A DNA stretch of 36,434 nt from Verrucomicrobiota bacterium (GCA_033762115.1 JANRLX010000055.1:1-36434); one strand, 5' to 3'. Counted from the first letter of the stretch, positions 1 through 9,379 are shown. A program made the numbers and translations. The notes: generated by a model not told the origin, from the letters alone.

Positions 1-642
1 ATCTTTTTGTATATGGATGGTGGCGCAGGGCACCCGGGAGTAAAACCTGAGAATTTAAAAAAACTGCAGGAACTCACAGGCAAAGGTGTCAGTCTCGGGT
101 GTGCGCATTATGCAGTCGAAGTGCCGAAGGGTGATCCTGGAATCGCCTGGCAACAAATGATAGGTGGTCATTATGAGCATCAATTTTCCTGCAATCCGAT
201 CTGGTCACCTGATTTCAGGGAATTCCCCAGGCATCCGATCACGCGCGGTGTGAAACCATTTTCAGTGAAGGATGAATGGTATTTCAACATGCGTTTCCGT
301 GAGGAGATGAAAGGAGTGACGCCGATCCTTGTGGCCAAACCGTCAGAGCAGGTGCGCAAAGGGCCATACGTCTGGCCTGCCGGTCCCTACCCTCATATTG
401 TGGAAGCGCAAGGCCGCGATGAAATCATGATGTGGGCGGTTGAAAATCAAAATGGTTCGCGCGGCTTTGGTTTTACCGGGGGGCATTTTCATAACAACTG
501 GGCGGATGACAATTTCAGAAAAACTGTCCTGAACGCTCTTCTTTGGATTTCCAAAATCGATGTTCCTCCAGAAGGGCTTGACTCAGCCCCAGTTTCAGAG
601 GAGGAACTGAAACAGAATCTTGATCCCAAGCAGAAAAAATAA
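1..642 (+). CDS. ThuA-like (class I glutamine amidotransferase-like fold) protein, 5' truncated
   Basis: Frame is open from base 1 to TAA at 640-642. Motifs HYA, HPITRGV, DEWYF, GRGFGFTGGH-like and 'FRKTVLNALLW' are typical of PVC ThuA-domain proteins. Confidence 0.75.
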   Translation: MFLYMDGGAGHPGVKPENLKKLQELTGKGVSLGCAHYAVEVPKGDPGIAWQQMIGGHYEHQFSCNPIWSPDFREFPRHPITRGVKPFSVKDEWYFNMRFREEMKGVTPILVAKPSEQVRKGPYVWPAGPYPHIVEAQGRDEIMMWAVENQNGSRGFGFTGGHFHNNWADDNFRKTVLNALLWISKIDVPPEGLDSAPVSEEELKQNLDPKQKK

Positions 643-658
643 TAGCGGCATTGAACTT

Positions 659-2644
659 ATGAGAAACGCCTCAGCAATTCTTTCCCTCGCGCTCGCTTCC
701 ATTCCTCTCCTCGCCCAGAATCCAGGCGGGCATGGGCCAGAAGCTGCACGTGAACAATTAAAAAACCTCAAAGCTGCCGATGGCTTGGAGGTGACACTGT
801 TTGCCTCGGAACCGATGATTCGCAACCCCGCGAACATGGATATCGACCATCGCGGACGCGTCTGGGCAACCGAAGGAGCCAATTACCGGCTCTTTCAAAA
901 ATGGGGGAAGCTGCGGCCGGACGGCGACCGCATCGTGATCATGGAGGATAGCAACGGTGATGGCGCGGCGGATGTCGAAAAGGTTTTTTACCAGGGGAAC
1001 GAAATCAATACTGCCCTTGGTATTTGCGTTCTCGGAAATAAGGTGATTGTTTCCTGTTCGCCCAATGTTTTTCTCTTCACGGATGAAAACGGCGATGACA
1101 AAGCGGACAAAAAGGAGATTCTTTTCACGGGGATTTCTGCCGCGGACCATGATCATGGAGTGCATGCCTTTGTTTTTGGCCCGGACGGCAAGCTCTATTT
1201 TAATCAGGGGAACGATGGCAAACAAATCAAACGCCCCGACGGTTCGCCTGTTGTGGACCGTGCCGGAAATGAAGTTTCCAGCAAAGGCAATCCATATCGC
1301 CAAGGGATGGTTTTCCGCTGCAACCCGGACGGGTCCGATTTTGAAGTGCTCGGGCACAATTTCCGCAACAACTATGAAGTGAGCGTGGATTCATTTGGGA
1401 CGATGTGGCAATCGGATAACGATGACGATGGCAATAATGGCGTTCGCATCAATTATGTGATGGATTGGGGTAACTACGGTTACACGGATGAAATGACAGG
1501 CGCTGGTTGGGGGCAGAAACGCACCAACATGGAAAAAGAGATCCCCAGAAGGCACTGGCATCTGGATGATCCTGGGGTTGTTCCGAACCTGTTGCTTACC
1601 GGTGCGGGTTCTCCAACCGGCATTACTGTTTATGAAGGAAATCTCCTCCCTGATATTTTCAAAAATCAGGTGATTCATTGCGACGCCGGTCCTCGCGTTG
1701 TTCGCGCTTACCCTGTGAAGAAAGAGGGCGCCGGGTTCAAGGCTGAAATTGTCAATATCCTGACAAGCAGTGACTCATGGTACCGTCCATCTGATGTTTG
1801 CGTTGCGCCGGATGGAAGCATTTACGTTGCGGATTGGAATGATGCCGGGGTGGGAGGCCATTATATGGCTGACCAGAAGTTTGAAACAATGACCGGCCGG
1901 ATTTATCGCGTCGCTCCCAAAGGATCAAAACCATCCGTTCCCAAAATTGACCTGGGCTCTGCAAGCGGAGCGGTTGCCGCATTGCAATCCCCCAACCTGG
2001 CCACACGATATCTGGCATGGACGAAACTTAAGGAAATGGGGCCCAAGGCAGAAGATGCTTTGCAAAAGGTGTGGAAAGGCAAGGATGACCGCCAAAGGGC
2101 TCGGGCCTGGCAATTATTGGTGCGCATTGAAGGCAAGGAAAACAAATATATTCAAGAGGCACTAAAAGATAAAACCGAAGAGATTCGTTTGCTGCCGCTT
2201 CGTTACGCCCGAACAGAGAAAAAAGATACCATCCCGCTGGTTCAAAAGCTCGTCAAGGATCCTTCCGCTCAGGTTCGTCGCGAGTGCGCGCTTTCACTTC
2301 GCCACAGCAGTTCTCCTGAAGCTCCCGCTCTCTGGACTGTATTGGCCCAACAGTATGACGGCACAGACCGATGGTACCTGGAAGCTTTGGGCATCGCGGC
2401 GGACAAAAATGAAGACCGCTTTTTTGATGCATGGCTGGCTGCCGTGGGAGAGAAATGGAACAATCAAACCAATCGAGACATTGTCTGGAGATCACGCAGC
2501 AAAAAAGCTCCAGCGCTCCTCGTCAAACTGATCAGCAGCAAGGAAACCCAGGATAAAGATCGATACATCCGCGCATTGGATTTCATCAAAGGTCCTGAAA
2601 AAGAGGCTGCCCTTGTCGAATTGCTGACTGCAAACTCTCAGTAG
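659..2644 (+). CDS. Exported PVC-type putative dehydrogenase (glucose/sorbosone dehydrogenase-like beta-propeller + HEAT repeats), no heme motif
   Basis: ATG at 659 gives a signal peptide (MRNASAILSLALASIPLLAQ). Motifs LFASEP, DHRGRVW, EDSNGDGAAD, FGPDGKLY, NFRNNYE, RPSDVCVAPDGSIYVADW and GRIYR, then helical repeats. No CxxCH. Confidence 0.8.
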   Translation: MRNASAILSLALASIPLLAQNPGGHGPEAAREQLKNLKAADGLEVTLFASEPMIRNPANMDIDHRGRVWATEGANYRLFQKWGKLRPDGDRIVIMEDSNGDGAADVEKVFYQGNEINTALGICVLGNKVIVSCSPNVFLFTDENGDDKADKKEILFTGISAADHDHGVHAFVFGPDGKLYFNQGNDGKQIKRPDGSPVVDRAGNEVSSKGNPYRQGMVFRCNPDGSDFEVLGHNFRNNYEVSVDSFGTMWQSDNDDDGNNGVRINYVMDWGNYGYTDEMTGAGWGQKRTNMEKEIPRRHWHLDDPGVVPNLLLTGAGSPTGITVYEGNLLPDIFKNQVIHCDAGPRVVRAYPVKKEGAGFKAEIVNILTSSDSWYRPSDVCVAPDGSIYVADWNDAGVGGHYMADQKFETMTGRIYRVAPKGSKPSVPKIDLGSASGAVAALQSPNLATRYLAWTKLKEMGPKAEDALQKVWKGKDDRQRARAWQLLVRIEGKENKYIQEALKDKTEEIRLLPLRYARTEKKDTIPLVQKLVKDPSAQVRRECALSLRHSSSPEAPALWTVLAQQYDGTDRWYLEALGIAADKNEDRFFDAWLAAVGEKWNNQTNRDIVWRSRSKKAPALLVKLISSKETQDKDRYIRALDFIKGPEKEAALVELLTANSQ

Positions 2645-2645
2645 C

Positions 2646-3752
2646 ATGCGGTTGCTGGTTTCTTTTTCCATTATGGCCGGGATGCTCCTGAACATCCCGG
2701 CCCATGAAAACGCATCTAAAAATGCCGTTGCCATCGAGGCCCTGAGCCGACTAAAGGGGATTGATCTCGAAGCCAACCCGGCAGTTAAAAAAGCAGTCGT
2801 CAAAACATTAGATTCTGTCCGTGGAACTCCCGAATACGTCCAGCTGATTAAAGATTTCAATCTGAAAGAGCAGGAAGCTGGCTTGCTGGAAACCGCTCTT
2901 CTAAACGCCACCAATAGTGTTGGTGTGGATGCCATTCGCCTCCTGGCTGCGCAGGCGAACAATGAATTGCTCGGCACTGCGTTAAAGGGAAGCAATGGTG
3001 CAGCATTGGCTTTGATCATGGGCAATGCTGCTGAAAAACAGTTTGTTCCTCTGCTCGTGGAATCTGTTCAATCAGCCGGGCAGCCGAATCAGACACGTGT
3101 CGCGGCAACAAAAGCGTTGTCCCAAACTGAACCGGGCGCGCGCGCCTTATTGGATCTGGCCAAGGGGACGAATATTCCCGCCGATTTAAAAACAATTGCC
3201 CTGCATGAATTGCAAACTGTGCGTTGGGAGGAGATCAAAAAGGAAGCGATCCAACTGTCTCCACAAACAGCGCAGGTGAGTGAAGCGGAATTTCCGCCCA
3301 TTGCAGAATTGGTTAAACGAAAAGGGAACCCAGGCAACGGCGCGGCGGTGTTCCGAAAACAGGAAGTGGGCTGTATCAATTGTCATCAGGTAAATGGAGA
3401 AGGAATTGATTTCGGTCCCAAGCTTTCAGAGATCGGGACCAAACTGGGCAAGGATGCCCTGTACGACTCCATCATTAATCCGAGCGCAGGAGTGGCGTTT
3501 GGATATGAAGCGTGGCAGCTGGAATTAAAAAATGGTGATGAGGCTTTCGGTTTGATTACCAGTGAGACAGCCGAGGAAGTGACGCTGAAAACTCAAAATG
3601 GAATAGCCACCGCTTACAAAAAGAGGGACATCGCCAAACGGGACAAGATGTCCACTTCAATTATGCCTGGAGGATTACACCTTGTAATGCCTGAACAGGA
3701 CCTGGTGGATCTTGTCGAATACCTTGCCAGTCTCAAAAAGCCCGGGAGTTAA
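2646..3752 (+). CDS. c-type cytochrome with PVC putative heme-binding domain and N-terminal helical region
   Basis: Hydrophobic N-terminus, single CINCH heme motif, GPKLSEIG, SIINPS, SIMPGGL (candidate axial Met) and DLVEYL end. Starts 1 nt after the previous stop. Confidence 0.85.
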   Translation: MRLLVSFSIMAGMLLNIPAHENASKNAVAIEALSRLKGIDLEANPAVKKAVVKTLDSVRGTPEYVQLIKDFNLKEQEAGLLETALLNATNSVGVDAIRLLAAQANNELLGTALKGSNGAALALIMGNAAEKQFVPLLVESVQSAGQPNQTRVAATKALSQTEPGARALLDLAKGTNIPADLKTIALHELQTVRWEEIKKEAIQLSPQTAQVSEAEFPPIAELVKRKGNPGNGAAVFRKQEVGCINCHQVNGEGIDFGPKLSEIGTKLGKDALYDSIINPSAGVAFGYEAWQLELKNGDEAFGLITSETAEEVTLKTQNGIATAYKKRDIAKRDKMSTSIMPGGLHLVMPEQDLVDLVEYLASLKKPGS

Positions 3753-3784
3753 CGATCAAATTTTCGTCACATTTTCACTAAACT

Positions 3785-4948
3785 TCAGAATCTCAAGCGG
3801 TCCTTTAGTTTTATCAATCGCTCGCCAGCTGCCCGCAAGGTTTCCTCCTTTTTTGCGAAGTGGAACCGGATCAGGTGATTGACCGGCTCGCGGAAGAAAC
3901 TCGAGCCGGGCACCCCGGTCACACCAATTTCCGTGGTCAACCATTCGGCGGCTTTCAGGTCCTGCTTGAATCCAAGGCCGCCAATGTCCACCAGCACATA
4001 GTACGCGCCTTGAGGCTCGGTAAAAGGCAGACCTGTGCGGCGAAGATAATCCAGGAACAGTTCCCGTTTGGCTGCGTAGCTCTTTAGAAAATCCATGTAG
4101 TATTCATCCGGGAATTCCAGCGCCGTGATCGCCGCTTCCTGCAATGGCGCAGCGGCGCCGACTGTCAGGAAATCGTGAACCTTGCGTGCTTCCGCAATAA
4201 TTTCAGGGGCGGCCATGACATAGCCGAGCCGCCATCCGGTGATGCTGTAAGTTTTTGAAAGTGAGTTGCAGGTAATGGTGCGGCCAAACATTCCTGGCAG
4301 TGAAGCAAAATAGGTATGCTGCCGTGGGCCGTAAACAATATGTTCGTAAGGCTCGTCAGTGATCACATAGCAATCGTGCTTTTCAGCCAGGCGCGCAATT
4401 TCCAGCAATTCCTCACGACTAAAAACTTTCCCGGTCGGGTTTGATGGGTTGCAAAGAATGATTGCTTTGGGACGCTGGGCAAATGCCTGTTCCAGTTCAG
4501 CCAGGTTAAAATTAAAATCAGGCGGTCTCAATGGGACGTAAATCGCTTTTGCCCCGGAGAGGATCGTGTCCGCTGTATAATTTTCATAAAATGGAGAAAA
4601 AATAATCACTTTATCCCCTGGATTGCAGGCCGTCATCATTGCCACCATCATTGCTTCCGTGCTCCCACAAGTCACAACGAGATGCTGGTCCGGGTCGATG
4701 GAAAGTTTTGAAAATCGATTGATTTTCCTGGCCAGGGCGGCGCGGAATCCTGGAGCGCCCCACGTCACCGCATATTGATGAAATGGGCCCCGGGTTGCTT
4801 TTTCCAATGCCGCGAGCAACGGTTCTGGTGGTGCGAAATCCGGGAAGCCTTGCGCCAGATTGATGGACCCATGCTGGTTCGCAAGCCGGGTCATCCCCCG
4901 AATCACTGATTCCGTAAATCCTGAAAGACGTGTTGCTGGCTTTGGCAT
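3785..4948 (-). CDS. PLP-dependent aminotransferase class I/II (YbdL/kynurenine aminotransferase-like)
   Basis: INLAQGFPDF, NPSNPTG, DEPY and SLSKTYSITGWRLGY (PLP lysine). ATG at 4948 preferred over TTG at 4957. Confidence 0.9.
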   Translation of the reverse strand: MPKPATRLSGFTESVIRGMTRLANQHGSINLAQGFPDFAPPEPLLAALEKATRGPFHQYAVTWGAPGFRAALARKINRFSKLSIDPDQHLVVTCGSTEAMMVAMMTACNPGDKVIIFSPFYENYTADTILSGAKAIYVPLRPPDFNFNLAELEQAFAQRPKAIILCNPSNPTGKVFSREELLEIARLAEKHDCYVITDEPYEHIVYGPRQHTYFASLPGMFGRTITCNSLSKTYSITGWRLGYVMAAPEIIAEARKVHDFLTVGAAAPLQEAAITALEFPDEYYMDFLKSYAAKRELFLDYLRRTGLPFTEPQGAYYVLVDIGGLGFKQDLKAAEWLTTEIGVTGVPGSSFFREPVNHLIRFHFAKKEETLRAAGERLIKLKDRLRF

Positions 4949-4993
4949 GACCAACAAACCGTATTCAAGGATGGAAAATCAGACAACTTCAAC

Positions 4994-5518
4994 TCACGAT
5001 TCGACCCGAAGCGAATTCAATAAATTTGCCCAGAGGTGATGATAATTTTCATACGGTCCTCTTTCGATTGCAAAAATGATATAGATCGATCCCCTGGTGG
5101 AAGGAATCTGGGCAATCTTGATCACCTCCGGGACAGAAGGCTCAGGAAGGGTCAGAGTGAGCATTGGGCCCGAGCCAATACCACTATGGCATTCGTCACG
5201 TTCGGAGATGATGGCCCCGGGGAAACGCTTTTGCACGGTCGCTTCCAGAAGTGCCGAAGAAAGGCTGTTTGTGGAAAATTCAATGGATAGTTGCAACTTT
5301 TGATCCGCTGTGCGAGTTGAAAGCCCATTGCTCCCTACGGGATTAAAAGGCAACCAGCCTGATGGCAAAATCAGTGACACCGCATGATTGGCAAACGTCA
5401 TCCGTTCCCGAAGGACGATGCCTGCCTCCGGGATTTCATCCTGCAATTGGGAGATCAAAACCTCTGCTTTGATTGAGATCAAAGAAAGGAGCAAACAGAT
5501 GGAAAGATGACGTTTCAT
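4994..5518 (-). CDS. Hypothetical exported protein (possibly PsbP/DcrB-like fold)
   Basis: ATG at 5518 overlaps the upstream stop (ATGA). Signal peptide MKRHLSICLLLSLISIKA. The LILPSGW motif is only weak fold evidence. Confidence 0.55.
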   Translation of the reverse strand: MKRHLSICLLLSLISIKAEVLISQLQDEIPEAGIVLRERMTFANHAVSLILPSGWLPFNPVGSNGLSTRTADQKLQLSIEFSTNSLSSALLEATVQKRFPGAIISERDECHSGIGSGPMLTLTLPEPSVPEVIKIAQIPSTRGSIYIIFAIERGPYENYHHLWANLLNSLRVES

Positions 5519-7221
5519 AAAATGCTGTTTGGCGCGATCATGGCCCATGACCCGCGAATGGTTGCGAGAACCTGCGGTGTGCCCGGCGGCAGTTTCGTGG
5601 CATCGAGGAAATTTAAATCGAAGGTCCAGTGGCGTGTTGGAGGATCATAAACGTTGCTTCCACCCCATGGGGCTGTGGCAATCGAACTGTAAAACATCAC
5701 CACCATCGAACCGTTATAAGTGAACGTGTCGCCACTCCAGGTCTCCAGAAAACGAGGAAAATTTTCAACTCCCCCACTGTAATAACCACCGCCGCTGGGA
5801 ACGATGCCCGCCAAAAACGCCGCATTCACAGTTGTGCTCGAAGCATTCCGGGTGGCCAGGGAGGCTGTGCTGTTCGCATCGTTCCATGCCGTGGACAAGA
5901 TGGTGATTGCATCGCCCACAAGGCTCGCTGGTTTGGTTAAGGTTGTATTTGTTGTGCCCAGATGTGCGGCAGGAGCATTGTAATGCCCTTTTACATAAAG
6001 GGGGTTCGGGGTTGCAACCGTCAGTCCCTGGCTTGGCAAGGTCTGGCCATTGGCTACTCGCACGCCGGATTCCGTGGATCCCGTCTGTGAGCGCATGTCC
6101 GCCACATAAACAGAATTGATATCGCGACCGAGCAGGGGGCGAATGAGATTGTTTGTTTCACTCCAGGTTTTAAGACGGCCCACATCAATTCCAGTGGTGA
6201 CGATCGTTTTCCCCTCCCGGCGATTATAAAATGAAACGTTCGTGTTCACGAACTTGCTTGCATCACTCCAGGGAACCGAAGTGGCAAAACTGTTGAAGTT
6301 GCCGCTTTTGACAGTCACTGTGCTGTTTGAAACCAGAACGAGCAGATCGGCTTTATTATAATAGCGTTGCCGTCCCATCGCTGAATTCGCGTCTTCCCCC
6401 GCCGGAGGGATTTCGATGACTTTCTTCACATCCTGCGGAGCGTTGTTTGTCCCGATCGGAAGGGTTAACGAACTTACCCCGCCATCACGCTCACCGTAAA
6501 AATTGACCGATCCAAAAGGTCGGTTCAAAGGATCGTTTGGATGCTTTGTCAGCTTAATTTGTCCCACCGCGGTGACATGGTCGAGATAGTTCAATGTTGC
6601 CTGGGGATGGCTATAAATATCCGCATTGGAATGGACCCTGCCGGTAATGTTCATGTTCGGACCTGGATTGATTTCCAAATCCATCGAATAAAAAATTGCG
6701 AACTGGAATAATGGAATCGAAGCCACCTGAATTTCCTGCCGCAAACCCGCCGCGGCTGGAGAGCGCAAGTTTGTACTGCGGGCGTTTGCAATAATGCGGT
6801 AGGTCGAGGCCATTCCCCTGAGGCCGGAGTATTGCGATTGCAGGGTGGTATAACCCCAGGCTGTCGTCCGCTCAATATGGATTTGATTGCTTTGGCCAGC
6901 TCCGTTTGAAAATGAAAAACCGCTCCAGTAAGGGTTCTCTGCGGTGGTTGGCACCAGAGCGCGATAGGTGGAAAGATTGTTATAAACCTGGCCTTCGCCA
7001 TAGTTGAGATAATCCCGGGAAATGGAACTCAACACTTTTTCAGTTGCAGCTTCCGCCGCCGCGACTGTGGCAAAGTATTCATTATTTCGCTCCGTCAAAC
7101 GCGCATTGGTCGATGTCCAGTCAAGGGCCCCTCCCAGGGCCATCAATCCAACCGCCGACATGACCAACACCATCAGGAGCGCGTAACCGCCAGTGGCCTT
7201 TTTGTTTGTCTTGATTTTCAT
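5515..7221 (-). CDS. PilX-like minor pilin / pilus assembly protein with large C-terminal domain
   Basis: Basic leader then G|YALLMVLVM hydrophobic helix without Glu5, AAAEAA motif, FQFAIFY, GRVHSN and GGVENFPRFLETW. Third gene of a pilin cassette. Confidence 0.75.
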   Translation of the reverse strand: MKIKTNKKATGGYALLMVLVMSAVGLMALGGALDWTSTNARLTERNNEYFATVAAAEAATEKVLSSISRDYLNYGEGQVYNNLSTYRALVPTTAENPYWSGFSFSNGAGQSNQIHIERTTAWGYTTLQSQYSGLRGMASTYRIIANARSTNLRSPAAAGLRQEIQVASIPLFQFAIFYSMDLEINPGPNMNITGRVHSNADIYSHPQATLNYLDHVTAVGQIKLTKHPNDPLNRPFGSVNFYGERDGGVSSLTLPIGTNNAPQDVKKVIEIPPAGEDANSAMGRQRYYNKADLLVLVSNSTVTVKSGNFNSFATSVPWSDASKFVNTNVSFYNRREGKTIVTTGIDVGRLKTWSETNNLIRPLLGRDINSVYVADMRSQTGSTESGVRVANGQTLPSQGLTVATPNPLYVKGHYNAPAAHLGTTNTTLTKPASLVGDAITILSTAWNDANSTASLATRNASSTTVNAAFLAGIVPSGGGYYSGGVENFPRFLETWSGDTFTYNGSMVVMFYSSIATAPWGGSNVYDPPTRHWTFDLNFLDATKLPPGTPQVLATIRGSWAMIAPNSIL

Positions 7222-7223
7222 GG

Positions 7224-7823
7224 TTACTCCAGGGCTCGACGAGTAATTTTGGTCCGAAGCTGGTAAAAATCGTAATATTGGCCCGGCCCAATCAAAATGA
7301 TCGGATATTGAATTTGGAAAAATTGCAGAGTCACGCTGATTACCCGGTTGTTCAGATTGTTTGTCAGGACAATTCCCCGATGATCTTCCGCGGCAAAAAC
7401 CATGCTGTTGGTGATTGAACTGGCAACAATGCTCACGCTGGTTGAACCATTGGTGGTGCGTTTGAGCAATTGATCGGAGGCAGACCAGAAATAACGAATG
7501 AAAGTATTCGTATTTGTTGAGGAATAGATTTGCACCGCTGAGCCACGCTGGGCCATGTTGATCCCCACTTCCGTAAAATTGGTCAGGCTTCCTTCACCGA
7601 TCTTCACGAGCTTGCCTGTCCGGATCTCATCCATCATTCGGCTGATGGCGATTCGTGCTTCATCGCTGGCTCCCAATTTTGCCTTTGTGATTTGAAACAT
7701 TCGAATCCCAAACAAATGAACCGTTAGTACACCCGCCAGGACCATCAGCAAAATCGCCACTGTCACCATCATCTCGGTCAAAGTGAAAGCCCGGCAACCG
7801 TTAGCTTGTAACTTTGTTTTCAT
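7224..7823 (-). CDS. Prepilin-type N-terminal cleavage/methylation protein (PilW/PulJ-like)
   Basis: A|FTLTEMMVTVAILLMVLAGV class III signal with Glu5. Start overlaps the upstream stop (ATGA). Confidence 0.85.
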   Translation of the reverse strand: MKTKLQANGCRAFTLTEMMVTVAILLMVLAGVLTVHLFGIRMFQITKAKLGASDEARIAISRMMDEIRTGKLVKIGEGSLTNFTEVGINMAQRGSAVQIYSSTNTNTFIRYFWSASDQLLKRTTNGSTSVSIVASSITNSMVFAAEDHRGIVLTNNLNNRVISVTLQFFQIQYPIILIGPGQYYDFYQLRTKITRRALE

Positions 7824-8263
7824 TGGTCAGGCGCCCGGTAGGTAACGACCGAATTTGTAAAAAGCCCGCCGGAGTAAAAGGCCCACACGCAATCCACCCG
7901 AATGGCTTTCAAGGGAGGATTGGCAGAAACCACTGAAATGGTTGTGTAATTGGTGGCAAAAACCAGGTTTGTCCCGGAAACTGGAATGTCCAGGACATTG
8001 ATTTCCGTAGGAAAATTAGTTGCAATCAACTGGTCCACCGGAGGAAAACCAAGCGGATCCCATTTTGCAGCACGGGTTTGCTCCACCCGTTGCATCGCCA
8101 AAGATTGTGCGGCCAGTGAATAGGCCGACCATTCGGCCCGTTGGGCGGACAACAAATACCCATAAATCGAGGCACCCATGGTCAATGCAGCGATACCCGT
8201 TGCCATCACCACTTCCACAAGCGTGAATGCTTGTTCCAATTTATGGTTAAAGGTCACCCTCAT
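7820..8263 (-). CDS. Prepilin-type N-terminal cleavage/methylation protein (PilV/PulI-like)
   Basis: A|FTLVEVVMATGIAAL class III signal, 147 aa, purine-rich GAAAGGGAAAT upstream of the ATG. Confidence 0.85.
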   Translation of the reverse strand: MRVTFNHKLEQAFTLVEVVMATGIAALTMGASIYGYLLSAQRAEWSAYSLAAQSLAMQRVEQTRAAKWDPLGFPPVDQLIATNFPTEINVLDIPVSGTNLVFATNYTTISVVSANPPLKAIRVDCVWAFYSGGLFTNSVVTYRAPDQ

Positions 8264-8284
8264 ATTTCCCTTTCAAAACTGGAA

Positions 8285-8302
8285 TAGCACCAAGTGTGCC
8301 GG
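8285..8302 (-). promoter_or_regulatory. Candidate sigma-54 (-24/-12) promoter for the pilin cassette
   Basis: Minus strand reads CCGGCACACTTGGTGCTA: GG-N10-GC with GGCAC, about 22 nt upstream of the ATG at 8263. Confidence 0.5.
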
Positions 8303-8374
8303 TAAATATTCCCCAAATTTGTGGGTAAATATTCCCAGATTCGCGCCGAAGCTGGGCAAAAACTGCCGGTAAAT
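8297..8374. repeat. Short direct repeats in the divergent promoter region
   Basis: GGTAAATATTCCC at 8301-8313 and 8324-8336 (23-nt period). TGCCGGTAAAT at 8297-8307 and 8364-8374. Confidence 0.65.
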
Positions 8375-8597
8375 TCTCAGGCCGAACGCTTAAGTTGAAG
8401 GCTAAGACAGTATAAACTTAATGATCCCAATATTTTAAAGGCTTAACCTTTCTGCGAGGACAGAATTTGAGGGGATTGTCCCGTTTTAAGGCATAAATTT
8501 TAAGATTGGGTTCTTTCCGCAAAATTTATCTTGCAAGAATCGACAAATCTGGAACGATTGATTAATCAGCTTGCCTGCCAGCATGTACTGAAAACTT

Positions 8598-9359
8598 ATG
8601 AACACGACAAAAAAGACATTACTGGCTGCTGCTCTGTTGTTGAGCAGCGTGAGTTCCTTTAGCGCGACTCAGCTCAACTTCGATGGGATCACTTACGGAA
8701 ATAATAGTGGCAATATCACGATTTATTCTCCGACCACCACTGACCCGTTGAACCCTCTGCACAAAGCTCAATCCGATATTTATGTCGGGGAGTTCAAAAT
8801 GAAGAACATGAGCACGCTGCAGATTTATGAGACTTTCTGTCTAAGTCCGCAGGGATGGCTTGCTTCCGAACCATATAATCTCCTCACCTTTGAACAAGCC
8901 AAGCCGGGTAGCAACCCTGCAGGACTTTGGTCAGCCGGGGCAATCGAGAACGTTTCCTATCTCTGGTACAACGTGCATGCATCCGTGGATAACAATGACG
9001 AAGGCGCGGCACTGCAACTGGCAATCTGGGATTTGTTGTTTGACAGTAGCGGAATCGGCTCGGTGAATGGTAACCTTGATAATGGCCGTTTCAAAGCGAA
9101 GTGGGACAATGGTGCTTCCATAGGAAATGGGATTTTAACAGCTTACAATAGCTATATCACCACCCTCACATCGGCTGGGGCGGCAACCATTTCATCCTTC
9201 TATGCCTCGCATCCGGGGTCCGTTTTCCGCCCTGCAGATGGATCCGGCCAGGATGTAATTGTTTCAACACCAGTGCCGGAACCGGCCACAGTAGTGGCTG
9301 GCACGGTGCTGGCGGGGTTGGTTCTTGGAACAGCACTTCGTCGGAAATTGAATAGCTAA
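8598..9359 (+). CDS. PEP-CTERM sorting-domain surface protein with thioester-domain-like motifs
   Basis: Signal peptide. C-terminal VPEPAT + hydrophobic helix + RRK. Internal FCLS, QLAIW and QDVI motifs. Confidence 0.85.
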   Translation: MNTTKKTLLAAALLLSSVSSFSATQLNFDGITYGNNSGNITIYSPTTTDPLNPLHKAQSDIYVGEFKMKNMSTLQIYETFCLSPQGWLASEPYNLLTFEQAKPGSNPAGLWSAGAIENVSYLWYNVHASVDNNDEGAALQLAIWDLLFDSSGIGSVNGNLDNGRFKAKWDNGASIGNGILTAYNSYITTLTSAGAATISSFYASHPGSVFRPADGSGQDVIVSTPVPEPATVVAGTVLAGLVLGTALRRKLNS

Positions 9360-9379
9360 TTTCCCGAATCGTTTTCACT

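Noticed and set aside
8297..8374. Possible CRISPR or mini-array
   Set aside because: Repeats are only 11-13 nt, 2-3 copies, irregularly spaced, with no cas genes.
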